From NCBI GenBank assembly GCA_963702205.1, contig OY969724.1, forward strand, positions 3,840,001-3,904,000: a stretch of DNA of 64,000 bases, written 5' to 3'. A model generated the notes under the pieces. The model was not told where the DNA came from. It did no database searches and saw only the letters and a list, made by a program, of their open reading frames with translations. Positions 11,432 through 19,884 of the stretch are shown in pieces. Positions within the stretch are counted from its first letter, which is position 1; the number at the start of each line of letters is the position of its first letter. The position numbers were made by a program, and so were the translations under genes. The DNA is from an uncultured candidate division Zixibacteria bacterium (GTDB lineage Bacteria; Zixibacteria; MSB-5A5; GN15; PGXB01).

Positions 11432-12749
11432 GGGAGTGTACGGAATTTTGTGTAAGCGGCCGGTTCATGTGTTTTCGATCCTTCCCTCGAAGACGATGCA
11501 GAAGTGATTAAGGGCCGCCACCCAGTCCTTGATCGGACGCTTCCATTTTTTCGAGATTCTTTGTATCGCCAGGTAGATCACCTTTCTGACTGATTCCACC
11601 GTCGGGAACGAGCCGCGATTCCGCGTCACCTTGCGCAACTGAGCATTCATCGACTCGATGGCGTTGGTCGTATAGATAACCTTTCGAATCTCTTTGGGGT
11701 AGCTAAAAAACGGGATGATGTTCATCCAGCAGGACCGCCATGAGCGGGCGATCTGCGGGAAACGGTCCCGGTATGTGGCCTCGAACGCCGTCAGGGCCTG
11801 CTCGGCGGCTTCTTCGTTGGGCGCCGAGTAGATCGTCTTGAGATCGGCCGCGACCGCCTTGCGCTCTTTCCAACCGACATACTTCAGCGAGTTGCGCACC
11901 ATGTGCACGAGACATAACTGCACCTGGGTCTGCGGAAAGGCCGTCTCAATCGCATCAGGGAACCCCGTCAGACCATCGACACAGGCAATCAGGATGTCCC
12001 GAACGCCCCGGTTCTTAAGCTCCGTCAGCACCGACAGCCAGAACTTCGAACCCTCCTGATCGCCGACCCACAAACCCAAGAGTTCCTTGTAACCCTCCGG
12101 CGTGATCCCCAAGGCCAAATAGACCGCCTGGTTTTTGACCTGGCCGCTCTGACGAAGCTTCAGGTGGATGGCGTCCAGATAGACGATCGGGTAGACCGCC
12201 TCCAGCGGCCGACTCTGCCACACCGTCACCTCCTGAAGCACGGCGTCCGTCACCGCCGAAATCAAGGCCGGGGAAACCTCCGACTGGTACATCTCCTCAA
12301 GATGACCCTGGATATCCCGCGTCGTCAAACCCCGAGCGTACAGCGCCAACACCTTGTCGTCGAAACCGGGCAGGCGCCGCTGGTGCTTTTTAACCAACTG
12401 CGGCTCGAACTCGCCGTTCCGGTCCCGCGGAATCTCCAGCGTAACATCTGCCGACCCGGTCTTGACCGTCTTGCTGGTTTTGCCGTTGCGAGAGTTGCCG
12501 CTGTTTTTGCCTTCGGGAGCATTGGGCGGATAGCCCAAGTGATGCGTCATCTCACCTGCGAGGGCGCGCTCATACACCCGTTTCGTGAGCGCCTGCAGAA
12601 GACCGCCCTCACCCACTATCTCTTCCGGCGTCTTGCCGGCGATCATCTCGTCGATCAGTTTGTCAGCTTCGTCACGTTTCTTGGCCATGATATACCTCCT
12701 TCAACTATATATACGTCATGGCCACTTACACAAAAATATTTACACGCGC
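11432..12749 (-). mobile_element. Complete IS256-family insertion sequence (1318 bp)
   Basis: 29-bp imperfect terminal inverted repeats (22/29; GGGAGTGTACGGAATTTTGTGTAAGCGGC vs GCGCGTGTAAATATTTTTGTGTAAGTGGC); 8-bp target duplication TAGGCGAC at 11424-11431 and 12750-12757. Confidence 0.95.
11465..12688 (-). CDS. IS256-family DDE transposase
   Basis: NSRNG, PRDRNGEFEP, YPIVYLDA, CVDGLTGF, QLCLVH and YTTNAIES motifs; intact 407 aa. Confidence 0.97.
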   Translation of the reverse strand: MAKKRDEADKLIDEMIAGKTPEEIVGEGGLLQALTKRVYERALAGEMTHHLGYPPNAPEGKNSGNSRNGKTSKTVKTGSADVTLEIPRDRNGEFEPQLVKKHQRRLPGFDDKVLALYARGLTTRDIQGHLEEMYQSEVSPALISAVTDAVLQEVTVWQSRPLEAVYPIVYLDAIHLKLRQSGQVKNQAVYLALGITPEGYKELLGLWVGDQEGSKFWLSVLTELKNRGVRDILIACVDGLTGFPDAIETAFPQTQVQLCLVHMVRNSLKYVGWKERKAVAADLKTIYSAPNEEAAEQALTAFEATYRDRFPQIARSWRSCWMNIIPFFSYPKEIRKVIYTTNAIESMNAQLRKVTRNRGSFPTVESVRKVIYLAIQRISKKWKRPIKDWVAALNHFCIVFEGRIENT

Positions 12750-13571
12750 TAGGCGACCTAAAGAAAACAACAAGAGATAAATGGCGAGATGAAATAACCG
12801 ATTCAATAAATTCGATAAAATCACAAGAATTTTTATTAACCGCCAGATACTCCGGACGCCTTATATTCCAACCTAAGCCAAAAGACATTAAACGCAAAAT
12901 CGAAAACTGGTTAAACAAACTTGACTACATAACAATTTTTGAAAAATATAGGGGTATATATGACACAGAATTACTACCTAAAAATGTAATTGAACATAGG
13001 GGACTGCGGATAGAGCTTTTTGCTCGGCCCAAAGATAGAAGTTTATCCTGCGATAATGACAGGCTTATTAGTATTGGCCCCATTGAGGATGCAACACTTG
13101 TGAGGACTGCTTATCATGCGAGAGGAAAATTTAAAGAAAAAAGTAAACAATCAAAAAAGACAGATTTCCCATCATGCATTGCGCTTAATATATTGGATAA
13201 TATTTACGATGAAGAAGATATTCTGGATTCATTATTTGGCGATTGCCATTGGAATATTGACTTTTTAAACTCACAACCTATCAGTGCCAAAATTTATAGG
13301 GGCGACCAAGGCTTATGGATCCGAAATAAAAAACCTATTAACTCAGGTGAATTGGCCGCTATTTTTTTTAACAAATTAGATTTTCATTTGGAATTAAGGA
13401 CTCGACCTATGATTGTACTTAATCCATTTATTGAGCATAATAAATTCCCCCAAGACCTTCCTTTTTTCAAATATACAATTCCAACAAAGGACGGACTCAA
13501 AATACTTCCAATTGATAACAATGTCCAGACCGGCTTCGAATCAGAATGGCCTTATTGGCCCTATAAAATAG

Positions 13572-14558
13572 CTAACTCAGGGTAACAACGGCGGCACCGT
13601 TGAAACGTCCGTGGCGGAGATCATCGAGCGCTTCATTGACTTTTTCAAGTGGGTACACCTGCACTTCGGTTTTGACCGGAACCTCCGGCGCCAGCGCCAG
13701 AAATTCTTCACCGTCGCGGCGCGTCAGATTGGCCACAGATTTTACCGATCGCTCTTCCCAGAGAATCGAGTACGGAAATTGGGGGATGTCGCTCATGTAA
13801 ATCCCGGCGCAGACGACGACCCCGCCTTTCTTGATCGTTTTCAAAGCCTGCGGCACTAGCGGCCCGACCGGGGCGAAAATTATAGCAGCATCCGGAGGCT
13901 CGGGCGGCGTCTGCTCCGATGACCCGGCCCAGACGGCACCGAGTTTTTTGGAAAATTCCTGGCTGGCGGTATCTCCTTCGCGGGTGAAGGCGTACACCTC
14001 CCGACCTTCATAACGAGCCACCTGAATCAGTATGTGCGCCGCCGCCCCGAAACCGTAGAAACCGAGTCTTTGCGCCTGGCCGGTCATGCGGTACGATCGG
14101 TACCCGATCAGTCCGGCACACAGCAGCGGCGCGGCCTGAAGATCAGGATAGCCTTCGGGAATAGGAAAACAAAATCTTTCGTCGGCCGCGCAATATTCGG
14201 CAAAGCCGCCGTCGATTTGGTACCCCGTATAGCGGGCATGGTCGCAGAGGTTTTCCCTCGCGGAGCGGCAGAACTCGCATTCTCCACAGCTGTACCCCAG
14301 CCACGGAACACCGACCCGGTCGCCTTTTTTATACCGGCCTTTCGTTCGCGAAGCGTCTTCGACAATGCCGACAATCTGATGCCCCGGCACGAGCGGCAGT
14401 TTCGGTTCGGTCAGTTCACCGTCGACGACGTGCAAATCCGTGCGGCAGATACCGCAGGCGCGGACTTCAAGAAGCAGCTGGCCTTCCGTCGGGACCGGTT
14501 TCTCCATTTCAACCGCTTCGAGCGGCTGGCGTATATTTTTCAGCACCATTGCTTTCAT
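13572..14558 (-). CDS. Zinc-dependent alcohol dehydrogenase (MDR family)
   Basis: CGICRTDLH, GHQIVG, CGECEFC..ENLC, APLLCAG and GFGAAA motifs; likely start MKAMVL. Confidence 0.93.
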   Translation of the reverse strand: MKAMVLKNIRQPLEAVEMEKPVPTEGQLLLEVRACGICRTDLHVVDGELTEPKLPLVPGHQIVGIVEDASRTKGRYKKGDRVGVPWLGYSCGECEFCRSARENLCDHARYTGYQIDGGFAEYCAADERFCFPIPEGYPDLQAAPLLCAGLIGYRSYRMTGQAQRLGFYGFGAAAHILIQVARYEGREVYAFTREGDTASQEFSKKLGAVWAGSSEQTPPEPPDAAIIFAPVGPLVPQALKTIKKGGVVVCAGIYMSDIPQFPYSILWEERSVKSVANLTRRDGEEFLALAPEVPVKTEVQVYPLEKVNEALDDLRHGRFNGAAVVTLS

Positions 14559-14672
14559 CGGATCGCTCCGTATATCAATCAAGGATTTTATACACGTTAG
14601 ATAAGTTATGATCAAAAATCAAGAGCCGATTGCAGAGGCCAAATTCGTTGAATAATCACCGTGCAAAATACA

Positions 14673-14705
14673 AAGGCGGCCCTCCACAAGGCCGCCTTAT
14701 TTTTC
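14673..14705. terminator. Terminator-like hairpin downstream of the beta-barrel gene
   Basis: AAGGCGGCC/GGCCGCCTT stem flanked by A/T-rich runs. Confidence 0.6.
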
Positions 14706-14730
14706 TCGGAGCCCCACTCGTTTGAATGTA

Positions 14731-16051
14731 CTACATGGTGAATTCGAGCCCGACTGTCGCGATCACGTCCGACCTCAGGCCGCCTTTGTTGGTCGGCAAT
14801 ATGATATTTCCGGTCAAAAGCATTTTCGGCGACGTCGAGTACTTAATACCGAACGATGCATTGGTGACGTTGTCGCTGGAGAATGACGGTATATTGGTCG
14901 CGTTTTCGGTTCGAGCTACGATCTGTCCCGAACTTATGGTCGGACCAATCGTGATCGGGGCGGGGAATTTTAATGCCCCCGGCTGGCTGCCCATCTGGAA
15001 CTGGCCAATCCATTCCACGGCGAACGTGATCCTGTCGCTGAGCTTCTGATCGTAGCCGGTGGTCAGCAAAAATTCATCGCGAAACAGGTCACCCGCCTTG
15101 AAGTTAAACCCGGTGTTTATATGCGGAGAAAAGGCGTTTCCTTTGGCCGAGGCAATAAAAAGCAATTTGAAACTGGATTTGCCCGTCCCACGGAAATTAT
15201 CTTCATCGCCCGTCGCTAATTTTAGCTCGGCCAGGCCGGCCAGGTCGTGCTTTTTGCCCTGATAAAAATTGTACTTGGTCCGGAGGATAACGTCGCCGAT
15301 GCCGAACGAACTGGCGTCGACCGGGGTCGGCGTTAAGGTCAGCACCGGGTCGGTGGGGGTGCCGGCGAAGAAATGGTTGGCCGATCCGGTCGAGGCGTAC
15401 GTGAAGGAGTTCATCTGTGCGAACGGGTCCGATTTGATGCTGACATTGACCAGCGGAATGGCAATGCCCACGTCCATGCGATCGCTGATGCCGTAGGTGG
15501 CGTAGGTGGCAATTACCGATGCATTGATGTCAAGGTGCATATCGAGATAAATTACGTCGTACTCGTTTATATTATCCCCCATACCGGGAGCATCGAGGTC
15601 CTGATGGAAAAAAGTAAAACGAATGTCTTTGGTTTTCAATCCGCGTATGGTCGACAGATTTAAAATCGAATAATTAAATCCGAAATTGAGTTTGCCCTTG
15701 CCGAGAGTGCTGGCCCGCTCGCCGAAAATCGGTCCGCTGCTGGTCTGGCTGGCCACCGGCACACCGGAGCTAAGGTCAAAGGTCAGACCGGCCGAGGTCG
15801 AACTCAACGGATACGATGACGCATTGGTGCCGATCAGGGCGGTGATGGCGCTGATGACGGTAGCGCTGGTGGCGACGTTACTGGGTTTGAAATGGTCACC
15901 GTGAGCGCCGGGACCGGCCAGCTTGACGTCGAGTACTTCGGTGAAGATGCCGTTGAGGTCGTCGGTAAGGGTTTCGGCCCTGACCGTTACGATCGAGGCA
16001 ACCGCCAGAAACAACAGTACCAATCAGTACTTTAGTAGTGGGGTTCTTCAT
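14731..16051 (-). CDS. Probable outer-membrane beta-barrel ('transporter'/MetA-pathway-like); apparent +1 frameshift in the signal peptide
   Basis: Amphipathic beta-strands, GIGDVILRTKY and LKLATGD motifs, terminal VGLEFTM. The RBS-backed ATG at 16051 is 1 nt out of frame with ORF 14731-16023. Confidence 0.65.
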
Positions 16052-16069
16052 AAGATTTCTCCAGTTTAT

Positions 16070-18406
16070 TTATTGTATGGTTTCTCTATTTACTATAACC
16101 CAGTCGTTGGATTTTTCCGCAAGGCGGACGCGCCATTTGAAGCTCGGAAATTTTTCGCCGCCGGTGTCTTTGAAAACCATGCGTATGGACAGATCGGCCA
16201 GCGCGTCATCCGACTGCCGGGTAAGTTTGTCGATTTTCATCTCGACCGTGTAATCGGAGACGTTGCTGAACATGGTTGCCCAGTCTTTTTGTTCTTTGCT
16301 CGGAATACCGGGATAGACTTTCTTCAGGCTGTCGACACTTCGGTCCTGAAGCGCCATCCGCAGCCGGTCGATGGCCGCCTGAATGCCCTGTTCGCGGTCT
16401 ATTTCCTTTGCGGTCAGGGTCTGTAAATCTTTGATGGCGGACTTATAATCTTTTAGGGCACTTTCGAGGTTGCCATCGGCCTTTGACTGTTCGGCTTTGT
16501 CGACCAAAGCCAGCGCCGATTTGTACTGTTTATCATCACGCGCGGCGGACGGGATGCTGTCCCTAACCCTGCTGAGAACGTCGCTCAGGGTCCCAATCTG
16601 GTTAAGTTGATCAAAACTATCGAAGGTAAAAGAAACTTCGGCGGTTTTAGTTCCGGAGACATTAACCGTCTTCTGCTGCGATTGCCCGCTGTAACGCGCG
16701 TCTTTGACCACGACCGTGTGTTGACCGGGAGTGAGATTTATGGTACAGGGAGTGCTCTTGCCACCCTGCGGCTGACCGTCGACGATAACCTCGGCGCCAT
16801 CGGGGCGGGTCGTAATGCTCAATGCACCGGACGCGGTTTCGGCAAAGCTATACTCACGTCTCGTAGTCTGATCGGGATCAATTTCGACCGTATCTTCCCG
16901 GACAGCTCCGGATTCGTTATCGACAATGCGCAGGGCATAGCGTCCCGGCGAACTGGTCGCGGCGTAGTCAAGAGCGTCTTCCGACGCGAGAGCACCGTTG
17001 ACATAAATATCGGCCTTGCGGTCGGTGTAGACTCGCAGGGTTCCGTCGGCGACTTGCCGGGCTTTTTCAGATGGTGTCGATTGCACCGTAAACGAGGCGA
17101 TGGCCGACGGCGTTTTCTCGGTGGTATCCGTGCCAAAAGCCCAGACCCGCCAGTAATATTCGGGATGGTCGAATTTCTTTTTTGCTTTGTACGTCACGGC
17201 GGGCGTAATTTCCGACTCGACAATATTGTTGAACGACGAATCCAGGGCGTACTCAAAACGAAACTTTTTGACGTCATTGTCACCGGACGACCAACTGAAA
17301 GTCAGACGGCCGTCGGAGCTGACAGTCTCATTGTTGACCGGGAACTGCAATATCGGTCGGGCCGGGAGATGAGGCGACGGGCTTGGCACTTCCTTAGAGG
17401 TTTTGTTTCCGCCTGATTCAGAAGTCAATTTGCTCGATAAACCCATCAGGTTTTTCAAGGTCGGAAACGCGAAGTACGCCACTGCCGCCAAAACCAGCAG
17501 GACCGTCATTATCACCGGCACTTTCCTGCTTTTTTTCCTGTGGCTTTTTGACATCGGCGGTGGGGTCGGGGTGAGATTTTCCGGCTGCACCAATTCCTTA
17601 TCCAGCTCCGTTTGTATAGCGAGCCGCATCTCACGGGCCGAGGCAAACCGGTTTCCCGGCTCCTTTTCCATAGCCTTCATAATTATGCCATCGAGCTCTT
17701 CGGAAAGCTCCGGGACGACAAAGGCCGGCGACGGCGGCGTCTTGAAAAGTTTGGCGTCGCGCAGCGTGAATATATCGCTTTCCTTGAACGGCAGTTCGCC
17801 GCAAACCATTTCGTAAAGCGTGACACCGACGCTGTAAATGTCGGCCCGGGTATAGTCGGTCTGGTCGGATTTGCCGAACTGTTCGGGCGACATATAGGCC
17901 GGGGTGCCGCAATAGGCATCGACCATAGTCAGGCGCGGGTCGCCCTCGCTCTTGGCAATGCCGAAGTCGATAACCTTGACCCGGTCGGCTTTGTCGATCA
18001 TAACGTTGCCGGGTTTGATATCACGGTGAAAAATTCCCAGATCGTGAGCGAATTCCAACACGTCGAGAACGTCGAGGATAATGCTTATGGCTTCATTGAC
18101 AGGTATCTTACCGGCGGCTTTGATCTTCTGTTCCAGCGTCTCACCGTCGATGAAATCCATGGCGATGACAAAATCGTCGTCGTGCGTGAAAAAATCCCGG
18201 ATACGACATATTTTGGGATTGTTATCGAGAAGGGCCAGCTTGTCCGCCTCGTGGCGGAAACGCTCGGCCTGACGGTTGTCTGTAAGGATCTTAAGAATCA
18301 CCCTCAGATTAGGAATGTCTTTGTGCACGGCCAGATAAACTTTGGCCATGCCGCCCGATCCGATCTGCCTTAAGATTTTGTAATTGCCGATAAACCGATC
18401 ATTCAT
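16070..18406 (-). CDS. Hanks-type Ser/Thr protein kinase with TM helix, extracytoplasmic FN3-like and PEGA domains
   Basis: GSGGMAKV, HRDIKPGN, IDFGIAK, GTPAYMSPEQ and DIYSVG; TM helix after KKSRK; PEGA motif LSITTRPDGAEVIVDG. Confidence 0.93.
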   Translation of the reverse strand: MNDRFIGNYKILRQIGSGGMAKVYLAVHKDIPNLRVILKILTDNRQAERFRHEADKLALLDNNPKICRIRDFFTHDDDFVIAMDFIDGETLEQKIKAAGKIPVNEAISIILDVLDVLEFAHDLGIFHRDIKPGNVMIDKADRVKVIDFGIAKSEGDPRLTMVDAYCGTPAYMSPEQFGKSDQTDYTRADIYSVGVTLYEMVCGELPFKESDIFTLRDAKLFKTPPSPAFVVPELSEELDGIIMKAMEKEPGNRFASAREMRLAIQTELDKELVQPENLTPTPPPMSKSHRKKSRKVPVIMTVLLVLAAVAYFAFPTLKNLMGLSSKLTSESGGNKTSKEVPSPSPHLPARPILQFPVNNETVSSDGRLTFSWSSGDNDVKKFRFEYALDSSFNNIVESEITPAVTYKAKKKFDHPEYYWRVWAFGTDTTEKTPSAIASFTVQSTPSEKARQVADGTLRVYTDRKADIYVNGALASEDALDYAATSSPGRYALRIVDNESGAVREDTVEIDPDQTTRREYSFAETASGALSITTRPDGAEVIVDGQPQGGKSTPCTINLTPGQHTVVVKDARYSGQSQQKTVNVSGTKTAEVSFTFDSFDQLNQIGTLSDVLSRVRDSIPSAARDDKQYKSALALVDKAEQSKADGNLESALKDYKSAIKDLQTLTAKEIDREQGIQAAIDRLRMALQDRSVDSLKKVYPGIPSKEQKDWATMFSNVSDYTVEMKIDKLTRQSDDALADLSIRMVFKDTGGEKFPSFKWRVRLAEKSNDWVIVNRETIQ

Positions 18407-18725
18407 GATTCGGAAGTCCCGTCAGTGTTAAATACCGTCTCTTCTAATAATTTTAGACCAAAATATCCCGTTTCGGGATTTTGGATTATATAGGTCTGTG
18501 TTTACTTAAATACGCAAATGAAGTCGGAAAATGATAGAAATATATTAAGCCGGACGAAATCACTCCAAGGACGGTTCGGAACGGCCCATTATCCCATTTT
18601 TTTATGCATTATGGATAGATTTACCCGTCTTGATTCATTTTCTTCCAAATCTCCTCAGAATTTGTATTATATTTATGCGGTTGGGATAAACAAAGCAGGA
18701 TTAACCTCAATATGGCAGCAACAGC

Positions 18726-19286
18726 ATGACCGATACCGAATTGTGGCGGGAGATACTTACTGAAAATTCCGGCGCCTGGCGCAAGCTGGTCGAACGCTAC
18801 CAGGCGCTGGTTTATGCCGTCTGTATCCGTTCGGGGCTGCCGGCAGCCGACGTCGCCGACTGTTTCCAGCAGACCTGGGTCCTGCTTTATAAATCCCGCC
18901 ATCGGATCAAAGACCCTTCCCGCCTGTCCGCCTGGCTCGTTACCACCGCCAAGCGTGAAGTTTTGAGAATCAAGCGGCAGCGAGAAAGATCGGCCGCGTC
19001 GGATTCATCGGCTCAGTTGATTGTGCCGTCGGTCCTGCCCGATGAAGAACTCGAACAGTTGGAACGTCAGGCTCAAATCGAATTGGCCATGAAACGACTC
19101 GACGGCCGCTGCCGCAAGGTGCTTGAGGCGCTTTTTTTCGCACCGGAAAGTGAAACCTACGAAAAAATCGCGCACTCTCTCGGCATCGCGTCCAACAGTC
19201 TCGGCCCGATTCGTCACCGCTGTCTGGCTAAATTGAAAAAGATATTGCTGGAAAACGGGTTCGAAGAAGAACGAAAAAAAGATTAA
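18726..19286 (+). CDS. ECF-type RNA polymerase sigma factor
   Basis: Sigma region 2 (AWRKLVERY..DCFQQTW..SAWLVTTAKRE) and region 4 (YEKIAHSLGIASNSLGPIRHRCLAKLK); 186 aa. Confidence 0.92.
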   Translation: MTDTELWREILTENSGAWRKLVERYQALVYAVCIRSGLPAADVADCFQQTWVLLYKSRHRIKDPSRLSAWLVTTAKREVLRIKRQRERSAASDSSAQLIVPSVLPDEELEQLERQAQIELAMKRLDGRCRKVLEALFFAPESETYEKIAHSLGIASNSLGPIRHRCLAKLKKILLENGFEEERKKD

Positions 19287-19296
19287 AAGACTCTGT
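19269..19296 (+). promoter_or_regulatory. Putative ECF promoter P1, GAACGA-N16-CTCTGT
   Basis: Exact hexamers and spacing repeated at 24071 and 24327; spans the end of the sigma gene, upstream of the anti-sigma-like gene. Confidence 0.7.
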
Positions 19297-19329
19297 TATG
19301 CAAAAGAGGAGTTTGAAGCTACGCGACAT

Positions 19330-19884
19330 TTGACAAGAAAAGAACTGATTAAAGCCGCAACGGCAGCCAAAGGCAAGTTGACCGGGCATCTGGCGGAATG
19401 TGCCGAATGCCGGGATTATGTTCTTATGTTGCGGTCGCTTAACGCCACCAATCGGTTGCCGCTGGCCGACGCCCCGAAAGCCTGGATCGATCGGGCGGCC
19501 GCCCTGGCCCAATCCGAAGGCGCGCTGAAGCGCACGGCCCGGATTCTGGCCGACCTTATTTTCGATTCATGGACGGTCCCGCATCCGGTCGGGGTGCGCG
19601 GTGAAACCGCCACCGATCAACGGCGCCTGCAATTCGAAACGCCTGAACTGACTTTCGATCTTCACGCCGAGCGCCGTGATACCGATTGGGCTTTTGTGGC
19701 CCAGACATCCGGCACCGAAGTTGAAATGACCGGACTTAAGGCCGGCAATAAAACCGTTGTGCCCGACTCGGGCGGCATGTATCAGTGGTCATCGAAACGA
19801 CCGCCCAAAAAAATATCCCTCATCACCGAGCGGGCTGTCATTGACCTGCCGGAACTTGTATGGAAAAGACCTCAGAAGAAATAG
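19330..19884 (+). CDS. Soluble ZAS-type anti-sigma-like protein
   Basis: HxxxCxxC motif (HLAECAEC), no TM helix, directly after the ECF sigma; start codon uncertain. Confidence 0.75.
   Translation: MTRKELIKAATAAKGKLTGHLAECAECRDYVLMLRSLNATNRLPLADAPKAWIDRAAALAQSEGALKRTARILADLIFDSWTVPHPVGVRGETATDQRRLQFETPELTFDLHAERRDTDWAFVAQTSGTEVEMTGLKAGNKTVVPDSGGMYQWSSKRPPKKISLITERAVIDLPELVWKRPQKK

Larger units (their letters stand above)
11078..13585 (+). pseudogene. AT-rich 393-aa gene with a PD-(D/E)xK-like motif, interrupted by IS256
   Basis: Removing 11432-12757 fuses 11078-11431 and 12758-13585 in frame (..FYLEATCQLGD|LKKTTRDKW..). Motif FELY..GGPDYII..FYLEAT. Confidence 0.8.

Noticed and set aside
12164..13585. 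473-aa ORF as an intact gene
   Set aside because: Chimera of IS256 antisense sequence and the 3' part of the interrupted gene.
18458..18484. Hairpin CCAAAATATCCCG-TTT-CGGGATTTTGG between the kinase and sigma genes
   Set aside because: Could be an operator, but it is a single bulged copy with no match to the GAACGA/CTCTGT motif.
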